A stretch of DNA of 20,000 nucleotides from an uncultured virus (IMG/VR IMGVR_UViG_3300010299_003477) (IMGVR_UViG_3300010299_003477), one strand, 5' to 3'; numbered from the stretch's first letter, positions 8,264-17,010 are shown. Translations and numbers: made by a program. The notes: generated by a model from the letters alone, not told the origin.

Positions 8264-9051
8264 TTTAAAATGCCTCTTTTAAGGAAAATGTTATAAATTT
8301 GTTCGCTTATGCAGCCGCAGTCTTCGTCTCTCTTTCCAACAAATGGTTTAGAATACCCAGCAACTGCTCCAGCACCCATAGCTGAAATCTCTTCAATTGG
8401 CTCTGAGGACGCCGGTACAATACCTAGAATGTCCAGAAATTTTTTTGCCATAGCGTCATCTAAAACAAAATCTCGAAGGAGTTCTACAGCCTCTGGGGAG
8501 GTCGAAGCTTTACCTAAAAGATAGCGCATATCTGATGCATGAAATAAACTAAAGTCTTTATTTGTAATAATACTTGGCATGGATTCCTTAAAATCAGAAC
8601 TCATTACTGATTGTATGTATTCTGGGCTATGAACTTCTGGCTGTACTGCTGTTGTTTGTGGATTAAGAAGCATTACGCCTTTTTTCACATATCTATCGGC
8701 ATCTTTCCAACGCTGAACATCAGTTCCTTTGTTGCTTGCTCCAAGGGTAATAAAGTCGCCTTCTTGCAAATCACCTTCAGGTCCAATATAATTATAAGAT
8801 GCACCAACGGGAGAAGCTGATGGTGAAACTTGTATTTCCACATTTGAAAGTCCTGAAGTTAGTTCGTCCCACATGTCTATTGCGTTTTGGGCAGTAATAA
8901 CAGTGCCATCTTCAAGAGCGCGTTGATTTTTTAACGGATTTGAAATTAATATAATAACTTTATCGTTATTTTGTGAATACTGCTCTACCATAGCAAGATG
9001 CCCCCTGTGCGGAGGCTTAAAAGAACCAGGAACAATTGCAATCTTAGCCAT
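8260..9051 (-). CDS. HIGH-motif nucleotidyltransferase (cytidylyltransferase-like; PPAT/NMNAT superfamily)
   Basis: IAIVPGSFKPPHRGH (HxGH) and HASDMR (SxT/SxxR-like) motifs. Confidence 0.8.
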   Translation of the reverse strand: MAKIAIVPGSFKPPHRGHLAMVEQYSQNNDKVIILISNPLKNQRALEDGTVITAQNAIDMWDELTSGLSNVEIQVSPSASPVGASYNYIGPEGDLQEGDFITLGASNKGTDVQRWKDADRYVKKGVMLLNPQTTAVQPEVHSPEYIQSVMSSDFKESMPSIITNKDFSLFHASDMRYLLGKASTSPEAVELLRDFVLDDAMAKKFLDILGIVPASSEPIEEISAMGAGAVAGYSKPFVGKRDEDCGCISEQIYNIFLKRGILK

Positions 9052-9310
9052 CTAAAATTTCTCCATCTGATAGATTGTGCTCTAATATGTTTATTTTTGC
9101 TTCCAATAAATCATTTTTGGTTTCTAATCTTTTGGCTAATTTTCTAACTTCTTTTAAATATTCTTTTGCTGTTTCAATTTGTTGTTTCTCTCCAAAAGTT
9201 TTAGGACGCATTTGTCCAACGAACTCTTGAAGAGAACCAATATAATCAAAAATGTCTTTTTCAACATTTTGATTGTTTAAAAAATCTTTCCAGCTTTTTT
9301 CCACCGACAT
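9044..9310 (-). CDS. Hypothetical coiled-coil protein
   Basis: 88 aa ORF in operon context; heptad-rich C-half. Confidence 0.7.
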   Translation of the reverse strand: MSVEKSWKDFLNNQNVEKDIFDYIGSLQEFVGQMRPKTFGEKQQIETAKEYLKEVRKLAKRLETKNDLLEAKINILEHNLSDGEILDG

Positions 9311-9314
9311 AGCC

Positions 9315-10010
9315 TTATCTTTTAACGATTGACTTTTTTAAAGCTTCACGAACAGCGCGACGAAGTTTTGCTTCACTAAGACTCGGAGGAGCACCAAATT
9401 GGTCTTTTTCTTTGTCACCTTCTTCTGCTTGTTCTGCTGCTTGTTTCATCGGCTCTTCTTTATCACCGTCTTTATCAAGATCAAGATAATCAGGCTTTGC
9501 TTCTTCGTTTAAGTTATCAAAATTCATATTAAAGCCCCAGCTTTCAGCTAAAAGGCTGTTAAGTTCTTTGTTTTTCCATTTTTTGTTAGACATATTGTTT
9601 GCTCCTTTTTGCAAATGTTCAAAATAAATAGTATGCTTAATGCTGTCTTCCCAATCGCGAAAACATAAATTTCCTTGTTCGTAAGCTTCTCTTTCCATTT
9701 CTCTTAAATGTTCATCGTTTTGTGCGTATCCGTCGCCCATCTGACCTACTTGATCAAATTTGCCATTACAATTTTGAGTATGATGAACCAATTCATGAGA
9801 AAGTGAACGCATAACATCTTTAGGATGTCTTCCAGTAATGTAAAGAGTCACGCTTTTTTGTTCTGGATCGTAATACGCTGTTTTGCCAAGAGGGTTTTGA
9901 GCGTTTGTTTGATCTCTTTTCAAGAATAATCTTGGAGGAGATTCAAATCCCATACGCTCTTTTGCAAATGGCATAAATTGCTTTATCATTGGCTTAAGAA
10001 CATCAATCAT
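9315..10010 (-). CDS. Zincin-like (HExxH) protein with acidic C-terminal module
   Basis: HELVHHTQ...EREAYE; C-terminal DYLDLDKDGDKEE (DxDxDG Ca-loop-like); probable internal start at 9593. Confidence 0.65.
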   Translation of the reverse strand: MIDVLKPMIKQFMPFAKERMGFESPPRLFLKRDQTNAQNPLGKTAYYDPEQKSVTLYITGRHPKDVMRSLSHELVHHTQNCNGKFDQVGQMGDGYAQNDEHLREMEREAYEQGNLCFRDWEDSIKHTIYFEHLQKGANNMSNKKWKNKELNSLLAESWGFNMNFDNLNEEAKPDYLDLDKDGDKEEPMKQAAEQAEEGDKEKDQFGAPPSLSEAKLRRAVREALKKSIVKR

Positions 10011-10341
10011 CTAAAAATACCTTTTTTTGTTTATCTGAATACCAAATATATTCTAAATAGTTGTTAAATGGGTCTTTTACATAAGCACCTGTAGTTCCAT
10101 CACGATGTTCTACAATTTCTGCGTTTTCTGGGAAGTCTTTTTTACTATCTATAAGTATTCCAATATGTGCATATGGATACCATTTTTTATCAATAAGAGC
10201 AATATTTGTGTTTTCTACTTTTAATCTTATGTATTTTTGATCTCGAAAAGTTACTTCGCCCTTTAAATGGCTTACATACCATTCTTCCGCGACTTGCAAA
10301 TCATCAACTAATAAGGCTATGTGATCAATTACTGATTTCAT
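10003..10341 (-). CDS. VOC/glyoxalase family protein
   Basis: IDHIALLVDDL..A..WY...L, HIGI, YVKDPFNNYLE motifs. Confidence 0.85.
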   Translation of the reverse strand: MKSVIDHIALLVDDLQVAEEWYVSHLKGEVTFRDQKYIRLKVENTNIALIDKKWYPYAHIGILIDSKKDFPENAEIVEHRDGTTGAYVKDPFNNYLEYIWYSDKQKKVFLDD

Positions 10342-10606
10342 TTTGTTTGCTCTCCGACGCTTTTGAGATTATTCGCAGATTAAAAGTAAATAGTTCTATC
10401 TCGCCTCTAACGGGCTCTTTCATCGGAATAACAGTACAAACAGAAACAAGTCTATTAGATTTGATTTTATTGCTAATATTTGTTATTAAACCATAGTTTA
10501 ATTTCCAACTTTTGTCGATAGGACACCACTTAGACCACTCTACAATATCGCCAATACAAAAATCATCAGAGATTAGCTTGCCGAATGGACTATCGCTTGG
10601 TTCCAT
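10325..10606 (-). CDS. Hypothetical protein (possible SH3/KOW-like barrel)
   Basis: FCIGDIVEW...YGLIT pattern; operon context. Confidence 0.55.
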   Translation of the reverse strand: MEPSDSPFGKLISDDFCIGDIVEWSKWCPIDKSWKLNYGLITNISNKIKSNRLVSVCTVIPMKEPVRGEIELFTFNLRIISKASESKQNEISN

Positions 10607-10612
10607 TAATAT

Positions 10613-10750
10613 TTACCTTTCTTTTAAAATTGATGCTATTAAAGCCAATAAAGTTAAAGCAACAAATTCAAAACCCCAAAGAGCATAACAAATCCAAGTA
10701 ACAACAAGAAAAATTATAACCCTCCAGAACACACCAAATTCAAATAACAT
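10613..10750 (-). CDS. Small membrane protein, 45 aa
   Basis: Below ORF-track cutoff; MLFEFGVFWRVIIFLVVTWICYALWGFEFVALTLLALIASILKER; two hydrophobic segments; TAATG overlap with upstream gene. Confidence 0.7.
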   Translation of the reverse strand: MLFEFGVFWRVIIFLVVTWICYALWGFEFVALTLLALIASILKER

Positions 10751-11043
10751 TAGTTGTAGCCCACATAAAATATTTCTTTTCTGTCTATCATGACTACGTT
10801 GTTTGAAGAAACATAAACCATAACTCTATTTCTTGAATCTAAAGTTTCGTCTATCATAAAACAAGTAGTGCCTCTCGCAACCTTAATTAAGCTACGAGAA
10901 GTTATATCATAACACATTATGTAACCGCTTGAACCTCTTATTATCATTTCTGGAAGAAGTTCTTTATTTTTATCTGGTATTCCAGCTAACTGATTTAAAA
11001 CTCTTTGAAGTTTTTTTGTTATAACTGTATCTTCTAACTTCAT
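10750..11043 (-). CDS. Hypothetical protein
   Basis: 97 aa ORF; CTATTTA motif 4 nt upstream of ATG. Confidence 0.65.
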   Translation of the reverse strand: MKLEDTVITKKLQRVLNQLAGIPDKNKELLPEMIIRGSSGYIMCYDITSRSLIKVARGTTCFMIDETLDSRNRVMVYVSSNNVVMIDRKEIFYVGYN

Positions 11044-11063
11044 ACAATAAATAGAAGCTTAAA

Positions 11064-11300
11064 TTAACTTTCTTTATACTTTTTTAAAGCATCAAGTACA
11101 ACACGAGCAATCTTGCGACTATCAGCCGCTGAAGGCGAAGTTGAAGAAGTTGGATCGTAAGCTGCCAGCCAGTCCCCCACTTCTGAAAGAGGAACAAGAA
11201 CCGGAATAATAATACATTCTTCTGAAATGCTACTTCCGTCCGTGTCTTCAGTAGAAATGGTTCCTTCTACAACTTGAGAATAATCTGCGTTCATGTGCAT
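11064..11300 (-). CDS. Hypothetical protein
   Basis: 78 aa ORF, GGAG SD, follows putative virion genes. Confidence 0.65.
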   Translation of the reverse strand: MHMNADYSQVVEGTISTEDTDGSSISEECIIIPVLVPLSEVGDWLAAYDPTSSTSPSAADSRKIARVVLDALKKYKES

Positions 11301-11302
11301 TT

Positions 11303-12076
11303 TTAAGCTCCTGCTGCAATAGTTGTTGAGACATGGCTCAACTTAAATTTAGTTTGATCGCCTGCGGTGATTGTCACATTGTTCGCCCCAATGCCTAAAC
11401 CAACCATTAACTGCACGTCTGTAGGGACAGGAAGACCTGTAGTGTAAACGCCAGCAGAGCGAGCGGCGGCTTGGAGGTTCGCGTCGGTGTTGTCGAAAAT
11501 CATAAATTCACCACCACCAAGCCCGTCGCCACCGCGTATCGTAGTACAAACGCCATAGATCCCGTTATTCGGACCGTTTGAAGATTCTGTGTGTCGTGTA
11601 AATACACCATAAAGGGGATTGGTCACTGTCGAAAAACGCCCCATCGTACCGCCAGTCCCACACATCAAGCCGGTGTCCGTTGATGCAGCATCAAGGGCTG
11701 CACCGAAAACACCTTTCCATCTGAACGGGCATACGTCAGGGGAGCCCAGGGGAGGTACTTCCATGCGATAGGTCGACACAAGTAGGTCCAATGACGTGAC
11801 CTGTGTGCCATCAATTTCCAAGTTCTTGTACCAACGTGGTGCTCTAACAGTAGTACCGTAAAACCAGTTATAGTCACCAGAGCCAACAGGCAGTGCGTTC
11901 CATGTTAGTGTATGCCAAGCACCAGAAAAAGTAATTGTATTAACAAGACTGTCTGGATCATAAAGCGTCCATGAACCATCTGTTAAATCTATTATTGTTA
12001 GGGTCTTATCATATTCAGAACCACCAGCAGCAGGAGTTAGTGTCCAAACGCCATTCGTTAAAGTCCAGTCAGCCAT
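11303..12076 (-). CDS. Putative virion structural/receptor-binding protein
   Basis: Gly/Thr/Trp-rich, low charge, beta-rich; coupled (TAATG) to upstream fibre-like gene; C-terminal two thirds GC-elevated. Confidence 0.5.
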   Translation of the reverse strand: MADWTLTNGVWTLTPAAGGSEYDKTLTIIDLTDGSWTLYDPDSLVNTITFSGAWHTLTWNALPVGSGDYNWFYGTTVRAPRWYKNLEIDGTQVTSLDLLVSTYRMEVPPLGSPDVCPFRWKGVFGAALDAASTDTGLMCGTGGTMGRFSTVTNPLYGVFTRHTESSNGPNNGIYGVCTTIRGGDGLGGGEFMIFDNTDANLQAAARSAGVYTTGLPVPTDVQLMVGLGIGANNVTITAGDQTKFKLSHVSTTIAAGA

Positions 12077-13074
12077 TATCTATCACCTACAATAAGCCAA
12101 CCTAAAGCACCGCCAGCAATAATGGTAACTGCGCTCCAAGCGCTTTGAATTTTAGCTTCAGTTCCTGAGTCAATTGTTTCAGAACCAGACGGCTGTATAA
12201 CAATATTATTTGTTGCAGAGTTTCCATCGGCATCTTTAAATACAAAGATTCTTCCTCCACCAGCATCAGCTAAAGAAGGCAAGCTTGCTGTAACATGAGT
12301 GCTTGAACCAGAAATTAAATAATAATGATCTGATGTTTGTGCTGTAAAAGAAGCGCTATGCACTATAACTGCTCTACGTAGACCAGCCCGTGTTCTTAAG
12401 CCTCCATCAACATCAAGAGTATCCGTTGGATCAACTGTATTAATACCAACTAAATTTGCTGAAGAGGACACAAAAATAGTATCGTCTGCTACAGAAACAT
12501 CTTGATCGTTTCCAACAAAAAGAAAACCTTTGTCTAGGTTTGGTGTTGCGTTGGTACGACCAGCGCCGCCAACTTTAATTTGCCCAGCAGAAGCATCGAC
12601 GCGCATAACTTGCCCAATGTTCTGCAATAAATTAAATGAACCAGTTGGAGCTAATTTTGTAAAGCTACCAGATGTTCCACCAGAGCCTGTTTGAACGTAA
12701 AGTGTGTCACCAAGGCTATAGCCTGCTGTGTTTACATTTTTTAAACTACCAAGAGTAATGATTTGAACTTCTGCTCCATTATTTGCGTTAGAAGCTGCAA
12801 CACCAAAAGCTGGCATTTTATTTGGATCATCACATGCAGCAAGAGCAACAGTAGGCGTTTGTCCAGAAGCACCAGTAACAAAAACAACTTGACCTTTTGT
12901 TATTGAATCTCCCTCTGCATTTATCGCAGTAAAAGTAACTGCTGCATTTGCATAATGAGAATAAAGAGTTTCAATTCTTAAGTTTTCTTCTCCTATGCTG
13001 TAAGCCTCATCAGAGTATGGAGTTAAAACACTTGTTCCTGTTACAAAACTATTGCTGTTGATATTATAAGCCAT
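12076..13074 (-). CDS. Putative fibre/capsid-decoration protein
   Basis: G/S/T/A-rich; ITKGQVVFV...VALA...PAFGVA...V.IITLG resembles capsid-cement/decoration domains; VGINT..PT.TLDV.G fibre repeat; C-terminal TASLPS...IFVFKD..G.....I.IQPSGSETID domain common in phage fibres. Confidence 0.65.
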   Translation of the reverse strand: MAYNINSNSFVTGTSVLTPYSDEAYSIGEENLRIETLYSHYANAAVTFTAINAEGDSITKGQVVFVTGASGQTPTVALAACDDPNKMPAFGVAASNANNGAEVQIITLGSLKNVNTAGYSLGDTLYVQTGSGGTSGSFTKLAPTGSFNLLQNIGQVMRVDASAGQIKVGGAGRTNATPNLDKGFLFVGNDQDVSVADDTIFVSSSANLVGINTVDPTDTLDVDGGLRTRAGLRRAVIVHSASFTAQTSDHYYLISGSSTHVTASLPSLADAGGGRIFVFKDADGNSATNNIVIQPSGSETIDSGTEAKIQSAWSAVTIIAGGALGWLIVGDR

Positions 13075-13356
13075 TTAAATTTGCTCACCTTTATGTATTA
13101 ATAAACGCAAAGCGCCGTTACCTTTGATTACTCGATGGTAAACATAAGCTGGTATGTTATAAGTAGTGCCTTCTTTTAATAAAACAGGTAGTTCGTTATC
13201 CATCTGTAAAAACCAATTGTTTGATTCTAAAACTTTTATTTTTCTATTTTCACGATCTTGGTGCCAAATTAGCTCTTCAGAGTTTGTAGTTTCTTTAAAT
13301 TCTCGTAAAAATAGTTGATTACCAACTTTTTGTTCTGTAAATGGATAATCAGACAT
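13075..13356 (-). CDS. Cupin-like phage protein
   Basis: WHQD.E...W.LQMDNELP..L..G....IP..VYHRVIKG cupin two-motif pattern; ATG 13356 preferred over GTG 13368. Confidence 0.6.
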   Translation of the reverse strand: MSDYPFTEQKVGNQLFLREFKETTNSEELIWHQDRENRKIKVLESNNWFLQMDNELPVLLKEGTTYNIPAYVYHRVIKGNGALRLLIHKGEQI

Positions 13357-14485
13357 TTTGTTTTCCACTCATGTTAAATGGTCTTTCTAAATCTACAATG
13401 TTTATCTCTGCGGGCTCATCAGTTAGTTTAAATTTTCTAAAAATGAAATCTAAATATGTCACAAATCTTGAAATCTCAGTTTCAACTATTTGTTTCATTT
13501 CTTGCTCTAACGCCTCTTCGGCTTCTAAGATGGCTATATCGTAATCCTCATTTTCTTCTATATCTTCATCAGAATCAACATCAATCAATTTTTTATAATA
13601 TTCAAATACTTTTGGTGCTAAAGACTCTCTCATTCTTTGAATGTAATATTGTCTCTGTATAATATAAATTGGCATTAAAATTTCAGAGATAATCTCTCTT
13701 TTTATATTTTCTTTATTGTTGATGTAATTTTCAACTGATTTAATTTTTGTATAAAATGCATTCCTAATTTGGCGGAAAAAAGAATCTGAATTTATTTTGT
13801 CATTCTGTATTGTATAGATACTTTTCATATCTTCTGTAAATTTTTGCGAGTCTTCTAGAAAATTATTAAAATTGGTGCTTTTAATTGATAAAGTTTCTCC
13901 AAATCCAACAAGAATAAAATCTGAATTTTTATACCCGACTAAGACAGAGCCGTCTTTCCTGCCTGTGAAAACTAATCCATGTATTTTTTGTTTTTCACTT
14001 GCATTGTTTTCTAAATATGTTGAAAATGCAAGAGCTTGTTCGCTTGTGAATGGCTTATCTGTTCTGTTGAGCAAACTTGTTTCGTTACAAATCATTTCTA
14101 ACTCTTCGTCTATAAATAAATCATTTTGTTCTAATTGCTGTTTTAAATTATGATTTCTTCCATATACTTTTTTTGCCTCTTTATAATCAAAAATCGCATA
14201 TTTATTTAAATTTTTAACTTCAAATTTAAAAACAAAATCACCATATTCATATAAGAGATCATTTGAATTTCTAACGGTATAAATACCACGACCATAAAGG
14301 TCGCCCTCGCCTGGAATAAACCCTTTTTCTCTTAACGTTTCTATTCTATTTAAAATTTCGTTTTTTTGAAGACTTTCATTTCCTCTAGAGCCTTTACCGA
14401 AAGCATGATAAACAATAGCTTTATTTTCAAATGGTATAATCTCTTCAGAGATAAACTGTCGCCAATTTTCAAATAGAAGCTTCAT
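13349..14485 (-). CDS. Putative PARP-like ADP-ribosyltransferase with MKLLFENW leader
   Basis: VYH...GFIPGEGDLYGRGIYT...YG.FVFKFEV resembles the H...G.YG.GIY donor-site signature of H-Y-E ARTs; very AT-rich. Confidence 0.55.
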   Translation of the reverse strand: MKLLFENWRQFISEEIIPFENKAIVYHAFGKGSRGNESLQKNEILNRIETLREKGFIPGEGDLYGRGIYTVRNSNDLLYEYGDFVFKFEVKNLNKYAIFDYKEAKKVYGRNHNLKQQLEQNDLFIDEELEMICNETSLLNRTDKPFTSEQALAFSTYLENNASEKQKIHGLVFTGRKDGSVLVGYKNSDFILVGFGETLSIKSTNFNNFLEDSQKFTEDMKSIYTIQNDKINSDSFFRQIRNAFYTKIKSVENYINNKENIKREIISEILMPIYIIQRQYYIQRMRESLAPKVFEYYKKLIDVDSDEDIEENEDYDIAILEAEEALEQEMKQIVETEISRFVTYLDFIFRKFKLTDEPAEINIVDLERPFNMSGKQNV

Positions 14486-14496
14486 TGTGTCATACC

Positions 14497-15078
14497 TTAC
14501 CAGAATCTACCGGGGACATTTGTACCAAAGTCTTTATGAGCCCTGCAAGCCCAATAACCGGGTTTTGTTTTATCTTTTTTCTGATCGCACTTGTGCCTTG
14601 CAGCAAAACTTTTACGAGCTTCTGGGTCGTTCCAGTTGCCTTTTAGACCACCTTTTGCGTCACCATAAGTAACTTTCTTGACATTACCTGTTTTTGGATC
14701 GCGAACATAAACTTTATATTTCTTTCCTGAACCAGTATTTTTGGTTGGCTTGTTTAGTGGCGGGTCTTTTTTCTTGGACTCTTCTTCTAAAACTTCATCG
14801 TACATTGGAAAATCAAGCGGGACTCTTTCACCTTCAAATATCGCCCACTCACCTAAATCGGTATGCTTGAGGGTATGAAGATCAATTAACTGAGGATTAA
14901 TTTCTTTATTCTCGTACATCTTTCTTGCTTCGTGAATAACACGAAAATAGTTATCAGACCCAATACGATAAATATTTCTTGAAAAAGGAATCTTATTTTC
15001 AAGATGGTAGTCTACCATTTCAATAGCTTCGGTTTCTTCTTTAATTATTTGCTTTAATTTAGCTTCTGTTATTTTCAT
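14497..15078 (-). CDS. Phage protein with MKITEAKLKQIIKEE leader and basic Cys/His C-terminal domain
   Basis: KKYKVYVRDPKTGNVKKVTYG...RKSFAARHKC...PGYWACR module recognised from T4-like/large phage hypotheticals. Confidence 0.7.
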   Translation of the reverse strand: MKITEAKLKQIIKEETEAIEMVDYHLENKIPFSRNIYRIGSDNYFRVIHEARKMYENKEINPQLIDLHTLKHTDLGEWAIFEGERVPLDFPMYDEVLEEESKKKDPPLNKPTKNTGSGKKYKVYVRDPKTGNVKKVTYGDAKGGLKGNWNDPEARKSFAARHKCDQKKDKTKPGYWACRAHKDFGTNVPGRFW

Positions 15079-16100
15079 GGTTGGTTTCCTTTGGATACGT
15101 TTAAAACTTCCATAAAATGTTCGTATGCTGTGCCGTAGTATTCAGAAGATTGAAACAATCTTCGTAGTACTCGTGGCAGCGACTCACAGAAGGTGAGATC
15201 AAGGCTCGTCAGGTTCGTACAGCCCGCCAGACCGTCTACGTTCTCCAGCGACGTGCACCAGTAAGCGTCGAGGGTCGTCAGATTCGTACAGCCCGCCAGA
15301 CCGTCTACGTTCTGCAGTGACCTACACCGGCTGAGGTCGAGGTCCGTCAGGTTCGTAAGCCCCTGGAGCCCGTCTACGTTCTGAAGCGACTTGCAATTGC
15401 TGAGGTCGAGACTCGTCAGGTTCGTAAACCCCTGGAGTGCATCTACGTTCTGAAGCGACTTGTTCCCGGTGAGGAAGAGGCTCGTCAAGTTCGTAAGCCC
15501 CTGGAGCCCGTCTACGTTCTGCAGCGACGAGCACCTTTCGAGGTTGAGGTCCGTCAGGTTCGTAAGCCCCTGGAGCCCATTTACGTTCTGCAGCGACGAG
15601 CACCATCCGAGGTCGAGGCTCGTCAGGCTCGTGCAGCCCTTTAGCCCGTCTACGTTCTCCAGCGAATAGCAATGGTTGATGTCGAGGCTCGTCAGGCTCG
15701 TAAGCCCCTGGAGTCCGTCCACATTACGCAGCGAATTGCAATAGCTGAGGTCTATTTTTGTTGTAACGTTTAGTTCACGTAAGCCTGACAAGAAATTAAC
15801 ATTTTCTTCTTCTATATCTGACTCTGCAAACTGATCAATTACTTCTAGCTTTTTTAAGATTTCGCTATTTCCTGCTGGATCGCTGGCTTTAATTACGTCT
15901 TTGTACAGTAAATAAACCTCTACTCCTTGTGCAAACTCCCAAGGATCATTTGAAGATAGAAGTCTTATTATTTTTTGTGCCGGCGTAAGTTCTTCCTCTT
16001 CTTCATAATCATAATCATCATCATATTCGTCTTCTTCAATAAGAAGCTTAACAACTTCTTCTTTGATGATCTGATTCAATTTTGATTTAGTTATTTTCAT
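15075..16100 (-). CDS. Leucine-rich repeat protein (8 x 23-aa units) with MKITK leader
   Basis: Repeats LQNVDGLxGxTNLTxLxLxxCxS; ATGA overlaps at both ends. Confidence 0.92.
   Translation of the reverse strand: MKITKSKLNQIIKEEVVKLLIEEDEYDDDYDYEEEEELTPAQKIIRLLSSNDPWEFAQGVEVYLLYKDVIKASDPAGNSEILKKLEVIDQFAESDIEEENVNFLSGLRELNVTTKIDLSYCNSLRNVDGLQGLTSLTSLDINHCYSLENVDGLKGCTSLTSLDLGWCSSLQNVNGLQGLTNLTDLNLERCSSLQNVDGLQGLTNLTSLFLTGNKSLQNVDALQGFTNLTSLDLSNCKSLQNVDGLQGLTNLTDLDLSRCRSLQNVDGLAGCTNLTTLDAYWCTSLENVDGLAGCTNLTSLDLTFCESLPRVLRRLFQSSEYYGTAYEHFMEVLNVSKGNQP
15176..15752 (-). repeat. GC-rich 69-bp coding tandem repeat (LRR cassette)
   Basis: Recurring CCCGTCTACGTTCTGCAGCGAC core every 69 nt; 36/60 GC at 15481-15540 vs 18/60 at 16021-16080. 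Confidence 0.9.
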
Positions 16101-16954
16101 CCTTTTTTACCTGATTTTGATTTCTTGCCCCAATTTCCACGCTCTCCACAAGCTGATGGTGTTGGTCTGCAAGAAGGATATTTAGATCTTTTTTCATCTC
16201 CAGACCTACCGCATGGAGAGCACTTCTTTTTGCCTGTCTTTTCGTCCTTTCTGCAAGTGTTGCAATCAACCCAGCCACCTTTCTTTCCAGGTGCTCCTTT
16301 ACGACCAAACCAATCGCGAAGAGAAGTTTCAGATGATGGCTTCTTAGTTAGTTTTCTTTTTTTTTCATTTAGCTCTTTTTGTATTTCTTCGTCAATAAGA
16401 GAACTAAGAAAATCTGCCTGAGAGCCATGCTTTTTAACAGAATCTTCAAGTTGACCAATAATTTCTTTTATTTTCTTAATATCTTGGTCGGACATTTCTT
16501 TGCTTTCAAAAACTTTATTTATTTCTTCATCAATTATTTGATCGAGATGCTCAAAATCAATAGATTCTTTTTTGGAATTGCCCCAATTTTTAGCACCTAC
16601 TTTACGACATTTAACAAGTGCCCCTGAAGCGTATGCAGATGGCCAAACTTTATAACGAGATTTAACTTTATGATAACAAGCATCTTTCTTTCCTGAAGAA
16701 TTCTTTTTCTTTTTTCTATCAGCTACCTTGCGAGCACGTTTCTTGCCCTTTTGTTGCTTTTTCTTTTTCTCGTTTATTTCTTCTTCCTCAAGAGTGGCGG
16801 TGCCTCCTGCTTTTTTATAAAGTTGAGATGCTTCTTCTTTTGAGATCATGCCAAGTCGAAGCATTTTTTTAATAGCTTCTCTTTGCCTTTGTTTTCTTTC
16901 CTCGTTAGAACGAGTAATTTCTTCTTCGTTAATATCACCATATAAATCTTGCAT
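16097..16954 (-). CDS. Lys-rich, Cys-containing phage protein
   Basis: KKDACYHKVKSRYKVWPSAYASGALVKCRKVGAKNWG and LRDWF...GGWVDC...YPSCRP modules recognised from T4-like phage hypotheticals; separated by acidic I.xEE spacers. Confidence 0.75.
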   Translation of the reverse strand: MQDLYGDINEEEITRSNEERKQRQREAIKKMLRLGMISKEEASQLYKKAGGTATLEEEEINEKKKKQQKGKKRARKVADRKKKKNSSGKKDACYHKVKSRYKVWPSAYASGALVKCRKVGAKNWGNSKKESIDFEHLDQIIDEEINKVFESKEMSDQDIKKIKEIIGQLEDSVKKHGSQADFLSSLIDEEIQKELNEKKRKLTKKPSSETSLRDWFGRKGAPGKKGGWVDCNTCRKDEKTGKKKCSPCGRSGDEKRSKYPSCRPTPSACGERGNWGKKSKSGKKG

Positions 16955-16962
16955 AGTTTTGG

Positions 16963-16997
16963 TATCCTTGCTTTAAATAGTTAGCAGTCAAAGGACA
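16963..16997 (-). promoter_or_regulatory. ACTATTTA motif within potential SD-sequestering hairpin
   Basis: mRNA sense TGTCCTT (16991-16997) ... ACTATTTA (16974-16981) ... AAGGATA (16963-16969), ATG at 16954. Confidence 0.45.
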
Positions 16998-17010
16998 ATA
17001 CAAAAAAATA

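Noticed and set aside
266..14672. Short plus-strand ORFs in the track
   Set aside because: All overlap well-supported minus-strand genes and lack recognisable motifs.
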